From: Octopus vulgaris | Taxonomy: Eukaryota | Assembly: GCA_951406725.2 (NCBI GenBank) | Contig: OX597825.1 | Location: 62,000,001-62,064,000 of the forward strand | Reading direction: 5' to 3' | Length of the DNA stretch: 64,000 bases | Shown here: piece after piece, positions 26,229 through 39,359 of the stretch | Position numbering within the stretch: the stretch's first letter is position 1 | Layout of the letters: each line of letters opens with the position of its first letter | Notes under the pieces: generated by a model | Seen by the model: the letters and a program-made list of their open reading frames with translations, nothing else | Databases searched by the model: none | What the model was told of the DNA's origin: nothing | Translations under genes and position numbers: made by a program

Positions 26229-28165
26229 GGGTCATACAAAAGGGTTACTGATCAAGGCACTTTCCTTTGCAAGGGGTTTCACTGACATTAGCTACAGAAA
26301 CATAGACGTTATCATGCACACCAGAAAAATGGTGCTTTTTAATAAAGGTTCCACCTGGGTCAAACAATCTGACCCTGAGGTTCCTTTCAATATTGCAATG
26401 GGAGCCTACGACAGCATTGACATTTGTGATTTCATTGGGCTATACATCCTGGACATATTAGGGAAGAAGTTTCCTTCAGTCTTGATTGGCCTCTACAGTG
26501 ATGATACACTGGCCATCTCTAGAGTTTCCAATGGTCTAACCCTTGATAAATTTAGAAAGGACCTGACTAGTGCCTTAGGGTTTATGGGACTCAAAATAAC
26601 AATTGAAACCAACCTCACCATAGTAAACTTCTTAAACATCATAGGCTCTAGTTCATACAGGCTCTACCTCAAACCAAACAAGAGGCTGTCCTACATCAAC
26701 AGAATCTCCTGCCATCTGCTTATCATGTTCAGGGACCTAGTGAAGTGTGTCAGCAAAAGCAAGAGGATTTCAAACCTGTCCTTGAATGAGAAAGAAATGT
26801 TTGATGCTGCAGCCCCTTATCCCAACATGGCCCTGGCATGCAGTGAGTTTAAGGACTGTATTTCTTATATGCTGGGTCCTGGCACCTTCAAAAGCAAGCA
26901 CTTCTAGATCATCACTTGGATTGCTCCACCATTCTGACTCAATGTTAACACTTGTATGAGAAGAATATTCCTTGGGATAGTAGGCAAGCACTTCATGCAA
27001 ACACACAGGTAGAGACATTTGTTCAATAGGAACAACCTATGGGTCTCCTTTAGTTGTGGACCCAACACGAAAAGAATATTAGCAAACAACTATAAAACAG
27101 GACCAGAGACCAGTTGCTTATGCCGGGAGTAACATGACTGCCCAGTAGGGGGTGGGCAGTGCAAAGCTGAGGAAGTTGTATATGAGGCTGTGGTGGTGTG
27201 CAACCCTAACAACCAGCGTGATAACAGCAGTGGCTCATCCAAGAACATCAGCAACAACAATGGCAACAACAGAGGTGCAGTGACAGCAGCACATTAACGC
27301 TTTAGCATTCAAAACGGCCATATCTGGCCAAAATATTCTACTTGTTTTATGTTCAAACTGGCCAGATCTGGCCTCTCACACCAACCCTACATTATCATTC
27401 TAAAAAGTTAACTGTTACCTCATATAAAACTCTTAAAGTTACAAAATAATGTGAATAAATGAGTTCTGATTTTGACAAAATAATGTGAACGCTAAAGGGT
27501 TAAAATGGTAGAAACCCCAGCACTGATGACTATGACCACAGCTGTTCATCCAACAACATCGATGACAACAATGGCAGTGGTGGCCATGCATTGAGCAGCA
27601 GAAATACCAGCACTGACAGCAATGAACGTGATGTCAGCACCAGAATTATGGCCAGGCATAATGACCATGCCAGCATCTGTAGCACCAATGAAACTACCAG
27701 TTTCACAATTAGAATTAACATCGATAGCAATCTCAGCACCATCATCAACAGCAGCAGCAGCAACAAAAACAACTCCAAACCCAGATCTAACAGAAGACAC
27801 ACCAGAGACATGAACACAACTAGCACTCAATTTTGGAGATACATTGAATTGACCAGAATTGCTTTTAAGTAGTGCCTCTGCAACCATAGGTCTTCTTTTC
27901 GGTCTCCAGAAAGACATTACATCACATCTAAGGCCAGCCACCTGTGGTGACCTAAGGATGAAAGAACTCCATATGAAATTGAATGGAGGATCATAAGGCA
28001 GTCAGGAGTGGACAATGTAAGCTTTGCACAGCAGTGAGGGCAAAGATTCTTGAAGACTCACTGGATCCAGAATCTCTCTTAAACTCCAGACACAAGATCT
28101 TTAGCCCCTGCCCATATTTCAAACTCTACCTGCTGCAGACATACAATTCTCTGTTCATCGATTAG
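26229..28165 (+). mobile_element. 5'-truncated Penelope-like element pseudogene: RT, cysteine linker and GIY-YIG endonuclease (Hydra-type architecture)
   Basis: RT: FNIAMGAYDSIDICDFIGLYIL and GLYSDD. Then ITWIAPPF, linker CLCRE*HDCPVGGGQC, VVY at 27175, YIELT..FK at 27840, and CKLC..LLNSRHKIFSPC. Confidence 0.88.
27298..27499. mobile_element. piggyBac-like MITE with TTAA target-site duplication, nested in the Penelope element
   Basis: TTAA(27294)-CGCTTTAGC...GCTAAAGGG-TTAA(27500). Confidence 0.85.
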
Positions 28166-28212
28166 GGCTGTATTTACTGATCAGAACCAACCTGAGTGGG
28201 AAGATTCCCTGC

Positions 28213-28694
28213 TTGCTCTTTAGGGCCATAAGATTTGCCAACTGGACCAGTCTAAGGAAGATAATTCAGACAATGTATATTATTCTTTTGTTTACAAATT
28301 AACTAACTATAGCTGTTTCCTACCTCCAGTTTGAATAGTGGTTATATGCCCATGGCAATTAGAGTCTGACAAGTTATCTATAAAGCTAAGTACTTTATGG
28401 ATGCAAAATTATTGGTCACTACAACCAGACATATATTTAGCTTCACATAAATATATATGTTTGCTCTTTAGGGCCATAAGATTTGCCAACTGGACCAGTC
28501 TAAGGAAGATAATTCAGACAATGTATATTATTCTTTTGTTTACAAATTAACTAACTATAGCTGTTTCCTACCTCCAGTTTGAATAGTGGTTATATGCCCA
28601 TGGCAATTAGAGTCTGACAAGTTATCTATAAAGCTAAGTACTTTATGGATGCAAAATTATTGGTCACTACAACCAGACATATATTTAGCTTCAC

Positions 28695-28706
<12 letters not shown>
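28213..28706. repeat. apparently perfect tandem duplication, period 248 bp, ending in (TA)n
   Basis: TTGCTCTTTAGGGCC starts at both 28213 and 28461. The duplicated ORFs at 28338 and 28586 have the same offset. Confidence 0.95.
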
Positions 28707-28786
<80 letters not shown>

Positions 28787-28852
28787 ATAAAATGGTAAGA
28801 TAACAAAAGAAAGAAAGAGACCTCAATATTATGTAAATAGAGGAAATTTATC

Positions 28853-29034
28853 TATACAATATGTTACATTACTCGGTAGTCAAGATAAAACTCTGAGTTT
28901 CAGATGCTGAAGTGGAAATCCACAACACCATCTCTTCGGTTATCTTCGGAGATAACCGAAGAGATGGTGTTGTGGATTTCCACTTCAGCATCTGAAACTC
29001 AGAGTTTTATCTTGACTACCGAGTAATGTAACAT

Positions 29035-29042
<8 letters not shown>
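28853..29042. repeat. perfect 93-bp-arm palindrome with a 4-nt loop, in an insert bounded by (TA)n; each strand carries a hammerhead-like motif
   Basis: Arms 28853-28945 and 28950-29042. Plus strand reads GAGATAA-CCGAAGA-GATG...CATCT-GAAAC-TCAGA-GTT-TTATCTT. Confidence 0.9.
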
Positions 29043-29082
<40 letters not shown>

Positions 29083-29168
29083 CATATATATATTTACACT
29101 TATAATGTATGAATATATGTATGCAAACAAACACAATACATACATACATATCTATATATATATATATA

Positions 29169-29223
<55 letters not shown>

Positions 29224-30725
29224 GCTTACATAATATCATATAACTGGATAGCCATTAACTCTCACTAGTTCATTAACCCTTGTCTTTCATCTCACAGCAT
29301 TTTCAAAAACCACTCTACTCATTATGTAGCCTGGAAATACTTGCTATTTATGTTCATATGCACGTATCTATGTTTGTGAGTATGTGTTTACATACCAGTC
29401 GAAATTGGTACATCAAGTTGCTTCCCTTTAAGTTAAAAATACCTTTGTACCATTGGATAATTATAGACCAATAAAAGAAGAACTATACTGAATACTCCCC
29501 GGGGTTAAAATGATCAGCAGAAAACTCTGAAAGGCCGATCATTGAGATTAATAGAAGAATAAAAGAGTAAAAGAAATCTTTATATAGTTTGTGTATTTCT
29601 GATAAGTGGTTTTGTATTTTATGATGTTCTACTTCATCTGTCTTTATTAAAGACATTGTTTAATCACAGTTATACGTTATTATACGCTAGATAATGGTGC
29701 TTTATGGCGAGAACCAATTGGTAATTTATCACACAAATACACTGATAAAAAAAGAAAGAAAAAAAAAGAATTGCAAGAAGAAAATCAACTACAAAAGTAA
29801 CTTTTCACTAAGAGATGTTAGCTAAATCTGAATTGATCTCTTCAAAATATTACTTCACTTAAACAAAACTAAACAAAGAACTCGTATTATATAAAAATAA
29901 AGATGAAATAACAGAAGACCTCAAGTAGGAAGCTATGTAAGTGCTCAGAGATAAAGTCTTATATTAATACTGACAATCAAAATAGCAAATAATTGCAGTT
30001 ATAATTTAACATTTTCTTTTTTTGTAAAAATGTTTATACTGAAGTATTTGAGTGTAACTTTGCTGAGTATAGTAGATTATAGAAGACTATGGCAAACTAA
30101 AATAAACTATAACAGGCTATAACAGACTAATGACTGCAAACAATTTTAATGAATCCTTTCAGAGATTATTATAGCTCAGAAATTTCTAAGATAAAATAGC
30201 TTATAGGAATACAAATGCCAAGGTATTTATGAATATGTGCACAAAAAGCAGTGAAGCCAATCTCATACAATTCTTGATTAAAATATAAGCTCATTAAGAA
30301 AAATATTTTTCTTTCGTAATGTCTGACGTAAACGTTTTCCTATCTAACAAGAAAATAATCAAGGTATAACCATATATAAACATTTTAAAAATCAAATAGA
30401 TTTAAAAATTTTGAAACAGCTATAGATGAAATACATGACAGATCAATTCTTTTTGTATGTGAGTAAAAGAGACCATATCATAAATTAAACATATACAATA
30501 AATTCAACAATGTGTAACCAAGCTATTTTTGCTTTTGTAAGTGTCGAATGTGTATTGTATCATATTGTATCATACAGAAAAGAATGTAATATTTCAAAGG
30601 GAGTATAGCTGTGAAAACAACAGAAAGATTGGATATTTTACCCTTGTATGATGGGGAAAAAAAGCTGTCAGCAGACAGCTACAAGACACAAATCTGCATC
30701 TCCCAGATACTGGCTGAGTATTTTA

Positions 30726-30930
30726 TTAACCCTGCTCTGTGTTTCTTTAAATTATTTTAAGTATAACAAAGTATTTAGTAAAATAACTTAGTTATCATTA
30801 AGCTAGTGTAAGGAACATAAATTGTGGCTAAAGGTTTGGTGGGAGATTTTAATTCAGAACTTTTAAAAACAAGACTTTTGTACTACAAAGCCAGAGCTGG
30901 TTTCAGCCAGATTGGTAACAAAAGGATTAA
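30726..30930. mobile_element. TTAA-MITE, second family (related to 56311-56535)
   Basis: TTAACCC start and a shared body AATTTAGTAAAATAACTTAGTTATCATT. Confidence 0.75.
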
Positions 30931-31020
30931 GCTGTACTGCCTGATGACAACATTTTCTGCCAAATTAACACTATAAACATAGTTTCTTTTGAAATGCAAC
31001 AAGCTATGTAAACAAACTTT

Positions 31021-31220
31021 GTATTATATCATACAGACAAAAATGTAATATTTTGAACGCCATACAGCCAGAAAAACATCAGAAAGATTGGTAATTTTAC
31101 CCTTGTATGACAGCCATGGGACTCAAATCTGCAGACTTCCATCATAAAACGGTAAAATACCTAATGTTTTTCTGGCTCTACTGCGTTCAAAATATTATTT
31201 TCTTGTCTGTATGATAATAC
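31021..31220. mobile_element. fold-back MITE with ~85-bp imperfect arms; an extra single arm at about 30552-30650
   Basis: ATCATACAGACAA..TAATATTTTGAACGC..GCCAGAAAAACAT is inverted at 31141-31220. Confidence 0.75.
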
Positions 31221-32356
31221 ACGTTAAATGTTTTAAGATATAATAATTTACAAAGGTACGTTTAGGCAGATGGATTTGCAATCATGTGGTTCTGAGTTCA
31301 GTCTCATTGTACAGCATCTTGAGCAAGTTCCTTCCCTTTATCATAATTTTGGAGTGATAGATCGAATGGTGAATTTGGCTGATGGGAACTCTATAGAAAG
31401 CTTTTGTCACCATCATCCCCATCATGAACATCATCGTCACCATCGTCATCATCATCATTTCACATCTACTGCTACTGCTGCTGCTACTGATGATGATGGT
31501 GCTTAAATTTCTCTGTGTAATTTCCGTCCTAAGAAGGAAAAACTCAACCTGTCAATCTAAATTATGGTAGAAAAGGAAATATAAATGACCTAAGAGAAAT
31601 AAATTCAAAGTGTCCACTGGTATGTATTAAGGGAAAGGCATCCTGATTACTTAGAGATAACCAGACAGCTATTGACACATGTTTCTGCCTTAACAGGCAT
31701 CATAAGCACAGCAGTTGCCCTACATTTTCTGAAACAGACCGGACATTTAGAAATATACAAAAAAGAGTAAGAACACGTTTCAACATAAGTAATTTGCATA
31801 AAGGAAACTTAATTAACTTTTTTTTTTTTTCATTGAGTAAATGAGGATGATCCTGGAGGTAAGAATGATGGTGATAATAATAATGAGGATGATAGTGGTG
31901 ATTATGATGATGATCTTGACAGTGAGGTTTGTGTCAGCTGAGGCAGCAGATATTGTGATGGTGTTGATGATTGCTAAGTTTGGCCAAAGAAAGCTGTGTT
32001 TAGAGAATGCTTTTATCAATATATTTCACAGCAAAATTTCATGTAACACTGATTTCATTGACAGCGCCCTCTGCTGGTGTAACATAAAAAGCACCAGTGT
32101 CAGTAGCATGTAAAAAAACACCCATGCCAGTGAGCGCATAATAGCATCCTTGCTGGCTCCACATAAAAAAGCCCCCATCACACCCAGTAAAATGGTCAGC
32201 ATCAGGAAGGGCATCTGACTGTAGAAACCAAGTCAAATCATACTGGAACCTGGCACAGCTGTTCCTGCTTGCCAGCTCTGGTCAGTGTTAAATGGTTTTG
32301 CTAAGAGATATCAGATAATATAACCTCAAAATATGGGTCACTACTTAATAACTAAA

Positions 32357-32670
32357 GGCACATGTCTCAGTGGTTAGAGTGCCAGGCTCACAATTATGAA
32401 GTAGTGAGTTCAATTCCCAGACCAGCGAGATTTTTTATTTCATGTTGTTCCAGTTCACTCAGCTGCAGAAATGAGTTGTGATGTCAATGGTGCAAAGCTG
32501 TATTGGCCTTTGGCTTTTCCTTGGATAACATCATTATGGAGAGGACAGGGTGGTATGCATGGGAAGCTGCTGGTCTTCCATAAGCAACCTTGCCCAGACT
32601 TGTGCATCAGAGGGTAACTTTCTAGGTGCAATCTTATGGTCATTCATAACTGAAAGAGGTCTTTAACCTT
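32357..32670 (+). mobile_element. tRNA-derived SINE (14360 family)
   Basis: Colinear with 14360-14692. Confidence 0.8.
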
Positions 32671-34334
32671 TTACTACTTAATAAAACTATCTGATGCTTT
32701 CCAGAATAAACAATATTTTTTGAAAGAAAACAGAAAACTACAGACTTTCACAGTAAAGGAAATACCATTGGTTAACAAAGTTGTCTGAAAATGATTGACA
32801 GCTATTCAGAAGTTTTATACAAATACAAAGGAAAATGGTAGTGTGTACATATATACATACACACATAGATATATGTATATGTGTAAACGTACATATATGT
32901 ATACATATATACTATATAGATTCATGAATACATATATTTATGTATATATGTATGCATACATGTGTATACATACATATATACTTACACATATATACTCAGA
33001 TACATTATATCCATACATATATGTACTCACATCCAAGCATACACATATACATATAGATTCCAAGTTTTATAAGTAAACAAATTTTATAAAAGAAAATATT
33101 TTGTTAAAAAATAAAAAACTTTATATCGAGACTCACATATAGATAAATAATAGATAGTTTTAGAAAAAGAAATGTTTCCATATTAAGAAAAATAAAAAAT
33201 AAAACAAAAATACACAGACAAGTACAGACTGGAATATTTTAACATTTTTAAATATGAATATTTGTTTGTAGAAAAAAATTAAAACACGTGTTTTTTTTAT
33301 TATTTTCTAAACTTCTTTTCTTTTAATGTCACATATTTCTGTTCCTGACATGTTAATTTTAAGTTAAAGAATGTAAAATGACAAAGCAGATAATAACGTG
33401 AAGATATTTCATAAAAACAGGCAAAGTATATCTAACGTAATTGTAATGTTTAATATTTGAAACTTTTTTTTTATATGAAATATCTGTTGCTCTGCAGGTC
33501 TTTTGTTTTTGTATGTGAAAGAAGTATGGCTCTTTTAAGACCATTTATATATAAAATGACAAAATAAAGATAACAGAAAATAATTTTTTTCAGTTCCATC
33601 TTGTGCAAACAAACGTAATTTTTTTTTTTTAATGAAATAGATTTAAATTATAGTGTTAAAATATTCTTACATATAATCTTGAAAACAGTCAAACAAAAAA
33701 AAAAAAGAAATATATATCTCTGAGAACTTTTCTATCAGTTAAGATCTTGTAATTCCTTGATAATACAGTAAGCTGTCAAAATGCACTATTTATGGTTAAG
33801 CATACTAACAAAAATGGTTTTTATCTAAAACTGGAAAAAAAAATAGTAAAAGCAGAATAAATAAGAGGAAAAGGTAAATTACTTCTTACAAAGAAAGAGA
33901 TTATTATCAGACATAGAATCTTTATCTTTGTACAAGTGAATGTTAATCAATGCTAATAGAAAACTTATAACAACTAAACAATATACTTTCACTTTCACAT
34001 TCTTCTGGTTTTATATTTCTGGATATTTATATTCCAATATTTCACACAAGTGTAAATAAAGACACTGAGAACTCAAAGTTGGCTCAATAGTATTATAGCT
34101 CTTAATTAACTTAAAATAACATTATGGGAACAGCATGACATAACCAATAGCAGAATATTTCATTAGAGTTCTTAATTATCTATCTTATTGAAACTCTGAA
34201 TGTGGAGGTATTACTTATTCTAATCTACATATACCTAATATCATTACTGTGGTGGCCTTTCATAATAATTGACTTATTTCACCACAGGATAGTCTCCATT
34301 TTAAAAGGAAATACTTTACTATACCATGATGATA

Positions 34335-34389
<55 letters not shown>

Positions 34390-35266
34390 TAATAATAATA
34401 ATAATGATGATGATGAGAGAAGAAGAAGAAGAAGAATTACAACAATGGTAATTCTTGTTTCTTTCTTTTTCCACTCATTAGTTTTAAAATGATTATGCCT
34501 GATTAAGAACATTTATTCCAGTCTTTTCAGTTTCAAAAACAAAATGTTCATTTGATGTCTTTCATAAGTCTGCAAGAAAAACAGGTAAAGTTATAATCAG
34601 TTGTGAGTTTATTCAGATATATATATATATGTTTTGAAGAATTCTTAATGCTGGGTGTTGTTGTTGTTGTTGTTGTTGCTGCTGTTTTTGCTGTTGTTTG
34701 TGTTGTTGTTGTTGTTGTTATTGTTGTTAATTATTACATTGTCTGGGAAGTGAGGAATAGTGACACCCATGGAATTTTACAGCTGTTTCCTGACACGTAG
34801 AAACCATACAATTGAAGATAGCTTTGAATTCCTGCAAATCGGGGCCATGAAAATACCATTCTCATCCTCCTCCTCTCATCATCATCATCATCATCATCAT
34901 CATTAACATCTTCATCATCAACAACAGTAGCAGCAACTTTTGATGTCCACTTTGTGCATACGTGGGTCAAACAGAATTGGTTGTAGCAAATTTCTGTCAC
35001 TAGCCCACAAATGTTTTTGAAGAAGCTAATATTTCCCCAGAGGTTAGAAAGGAATTTCACAAAAACTGGAAACAAACAACCTTGCTTGGCATATGATGAT
35101 GATGATGATGATGATGATTATGAAGATGATGATGATAATGATGATGATGATGATGCAATTAAATTTTGGAAAAATTAAAAGAAAAGTTTTTTAAAGGATA
35201 TTTGCATAGTATTCAAATAAAAGTGGCATTTTCCTTGTTTCTGCCTGTCTCTGTCTCTCTTATATA

Positions 35267-35304
<38 letters not shown>

Positions 35305-35645
35305 CATACACACACACTCAAAATACACTCTAAAGAGTTTGGTCAACCTAGAGCTATAGTGAAAGACACTTGTTCTAGGTGCCATGCTGTAGGACTGAAC
35401 CAATGCGAATATGTGTTGCAATGAAATTCTAGAAAGTTTCAATTCTAAGGAGAAAATGGTTGAAGAGTTAAAGTAAATAGATATAGCAAAGCGAGTAAGA
35501 TATCTGTCTTTTGGTTTATGGATCATATTTAATAGTCTTAACATTCGAAATTTAACAATGCATTATCAAATTCTTCTTGAAACTATGGTTTAACTTAGTT
35601 GTCTATGTAGTCTCAAGGAATGGCTGATTCTGCAGATTAACATGA

Positions 35646-35956
35646 TAAAACGTCGCTCTTTTCAAGCCTAGCCAGGCTCATGGGCTCGGTTTCCCGGCTT
35701 CTGTGGCATATGTGTTCCCCCCCAGCTGGATGGGATGCCAGTCCACCACAGCGTTACTCAAGAAACAGGAAGACAGAGTGAGAGAAACTTGTGGTGAAAG
35801 AGTACAACAGGGGTTGCCACCCCCCACTTCTGGAGCCTCGTGGAGCTTTTAGGTGTTTTCACTCAATAAACATACACAACACCTAGCCTGGGAATCGAAA
35901 CCGTGTTCCTCCAACTGTGAGTCCACTGCCCAAACCACTGGGCCATTGCACCTCCA
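35646..35956 (-). mobile_element. tRNA-derived SINE with a 13-bp TSD
   Basis: CAGATTAACATGA at 35633 and 35957. The head matches the 18192 family. Confidence 0.9.
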
Positions 35957-37519
35957 CAGATTAACATGAAGAGGCTTAAAAGGATTAACAATTCTAAATT
36001 AAGATTCTAAAAAGCAATGGTGCTGATACCACTTAAAAAGCACTGGCAGAATCATTTCAACTTTGGATAGGATGGCATTCTATATTTGTTCCAAATCTTT
36101 ATGCTTTGAGTTCAAATCCTGCCAAGGTCAACTTGACCTTACATTTTTTCATGTTTGATAAAAATATATAATTCAAAGTGATGGACTTCTAAAACTTTTT
36201 GCAGGTTGTGCAAGATGCTTTGTATCTGTTTTAGACCTTTGTCTTCTGACGAAATCTGCAATTAAACTATTGCCTAATTTCATAAACCTAAATAAGCTAC
36301 CTTTACCTTAGATAAACATCAGGGATGCATAAAAGAGAGACTTGCATACGTGGGCAACAACTTGTTATCCTCAAAAATTAAAAGGCAAAATAATGCCTGG
36401 ATCTATACATATATGTGCAAATACATAGCAAACATTGATTGATAGAGACCTTAGATGAGATAGTCGTGTTCCGGTGTCATTTTAGCAGATTTTTGTTCGT
36501 TTTATTCTTTTAAGGTTAGAACAGGTTTAAAATGTAATTTCATCAAAGAAGAACAATGTATGTTTTATCTGATGTGTGACCCATTTATGTTATATAGGTT
36601 TCCATATTTTTCAGGTTTAATATCTTGGTAGATAATCTTCTGCTAAGTAAATATGCTCAGTTTATCAATAATACATGATTGTGTGCAGTGTTGTTTTTTT
36701 ATGACTTCGATGAGAAAACGAATTTTTGCAAATTTTATATTTAGTGTCATAAATAGAACTGGAATTAATGTGAATCATTGCGAGACATTACGGAACTCTT
36801 GTTCCATTTTACCATTTTTTAAAGAAGAAACAAACGTGAAGATCTTTGTAAATTAAATTTATATGCCATGTCCGTAAGTGATTTATTATAACATGTTTCA
36901 CTTACAATCACGCTGGGTTTTTTTTTTTTTTAAATATGAAAATTCTCTTCTCAAGTTGAAATAAAAACACATTAATCTCCCTTTAGAAGGGATTATAAAA
37001 CTATAAATTTTCTATGCGGTGCTATTACATCACTTTCATGAACGAATGCAGGTTTTCAAATCATAACTCAATCAATGGAACCCATATAATATATGGTGTG
37101 CTATAAATAAGATGTTTTCACAGGAACATGTTGAGCGAATTGAAAAAACTAAAGAGAAAAAACACCCAACAATACTGAGGAATGTTATTCACACAGGCTT
37201 GACGAAATTATATGGAATGGACTATAGCCATCATAACTCTATTTTCCTCACTGCGTTTACAGATACACCAGTGGGTGTTGTTCTATTCTTCGAGAAGAAT
37301 GACATATTGTAAATCGCTGTGGAATTTACAATGCTTATTCAAACCATTTTTCGAATATGTATTTATAACACAAAATATGATTTCTAGCCATTGGGGTGCA
37401 CAGAAGCAAGATAAAGGGGAACATGTCGAGTAGTGATGAATCATCTAAATCATGCTAACAAGGAATAGGAAATCTACTACTACTACCACCACCACCACCA
37501 CCACTACTATTACTACCAC

Positions 37520-37564
<45 letters not shown>

Positions 37565-37580
37565 CATTATTATCATTATT

Positions 37581-38220
37581 AAGGTGGTGAGCTGGTAGAA
37601 TTGTTAGCACCCTGGACGAAATGCTTAGTGGTATTTCGTCTGCCGCTACATTCTAAGTTCAAATTCCACCGAGGTCGACTTTGCCTTTCATCCTTTCGGG
37701 GTTGACAGATTAAGAACCAGTTATGCACTGGGGGTCAATGTAATCGACTTAATCCCTTTGTCTGTCCTTATATGTCCCCTCTATGTTTAGCCCCTTATGA
37801 GCAATAAAGAAATAAGAATTGTTTTCATGCTAGATGAAATGCTTCACCCATTGCTAGGTTCTGAGTTCAAATTCCACCGAGGTCGACTTTGCCTTTCATC
37901 CTTTCAGGGTTGATAGATTAAGAACAAGTTATTCACTGGGGGTCAATGTAATCGACTTAATCCCTTTGTCTGTCCTTGTATGTCCCCTCTATGTTTAGCC
38001 CCTTATGAGCAATAAAGAAATAAGAATTGTTTTCATGCTGGATGAAATGCTTCACCCATTGCTAGGTTCTGAGTTCAAATTCCACCGAGGTCGATTTTGC
38101 CTTTCACCCTTTCGGGGTTGATAAATTAAGTACCAGTTTAATAATGGAGGGGAGGAACGATGTAATCAACCAGTCCCCAGCCCCCAAATTTCAGGCTTTG
38201 AGTCTTTAGTAGAAAGGATC
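37581..38220 (+). mobile_element. multimeric Deu/Nin-domain SINE (three cores at about 208-bp spacing) between (ATT)n tracts
   Basis: GTTCAAATTCCACCGAGGTCGA recurs near 37657, 37865 and 38073. Confidence 0.9.
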
Positions 38221-38256
38221 ATTATTATTATTATTATTACTTTTTTTTCTTCTTCT

Positions 38257-38678
38257 TTCAAATTTGCTATCATTTCTTGCCGAGTGTCTTCCCGACTCCT
38301 AGGGCAAAGAAACTCATAGTATACATTGGTAGGCCATTAAACCAAACTCAGTTGTTCGTTCATTTTTTTTTTGTTTTTTTTTTTAAAGTTAAATTAAAAT
38401 ACATGAGCAGCAACAGTTCTCACATCGACAATGCTCTTCTCAATATGTGTGATGTACCAGTTAAGACAATCTTTTGCACTTCTTGCAGGGATGGTAAGCC
38501 AGGGATCATTCTCATATAATTTTCGGTTCCCTTCTTGATCATTCCTAGTGCTCCTACGATCACTGGTATTGTAACCGCCTTGAGATGCCACATTTTCTCA
38601 ATTTCAATGAGTAGGTCTTTATATTTTCTGAGCTTGTCAAACTCTTTCGCTGAGATATTATGATCACAGGGGATGCTC
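38257..38678 (-). mobile_element. R4/Dong-type LINE 3' fragment (restriction-like endonuclease), family 1
   Basis: KEFDKLRKYKDLLIEIEKMWHLKAVTIPVIVGALGMIKKG, flanked by (TAA)n on the element strand. Confidence 0.88.
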
Positions 38679-38680
38679 TA

Positions 38681-38732
<52 letters not shown>

Positions 38733-38734
<2 letters not shown>

Positions 38735-39186
38735 TATGTTTGACTTTTGCTTTATATTTGTACAAGTTGGCTCCAAGTCTCACCCAGAGACCTCAAGAGA
38801 CAACAGGGTTGGAAGTTCATGTTGTTGTTATGCCTAGTGTGCCATATATTTGGTGGGTGGGGATGTTGTACTAATGAATGTCTAAAAAAAAAAAAGTTTT
38901 TTTTTTTTTTTTTTAAACCGAAAATTATGTTTTTTTTTAAACCTTGAGATTACATAGAGAGTATTTTGCGTAGGATATGAGCAGTTCCCATGAGCACTAT
39001 CTTTTGAACTTCTGCCATTTTGGGGTTTCCTGGTATCTGAGTTAGGTAGCTATCAGCCCCTTTTGCTATCATTCCCAGGGCACCTATGACAACAGGTATT
39101 GTTTTAGTCTTCAGCTTCCACATTTTGCTGATTTCTATTTCAAGATCTTTATATTTGCTCAGTTTTTGGTAGGTCTTGACAGATAC

Positions 39187-39187
<1 letters not shown>
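38733..39187 (-). mobile_element. R4/Dong-type LINE 3' fragment, family 2
   Basis: KTYQKLSKYKDLEIEISKMWKLKTKTIPVVIGALGMIAKG, with (TAA)n on both sides. Confidence 0.88.
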
Positions 39188-39239
<52 letters not shown>

Positions 39240-39359
39240 CATTATTATTATTATTACTTTTAAATCAGTGAGCTGGCAGAATCTTTAGCACACTCCCCTC
39301 TCCTCAAATTTTAGGCTCTATGCCTATAGTAGAAAAGATGATTATTATTATTTCATTAT

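Noticed and set aside
26227-28165. Selenoprotein-type (Naiad) Penelope reading
   Set aside because: The endonuclease is C-terminal rather than N-terminal, and the stops are mixed TAA/TAG/TGA with frameshifts, which indicates decay.
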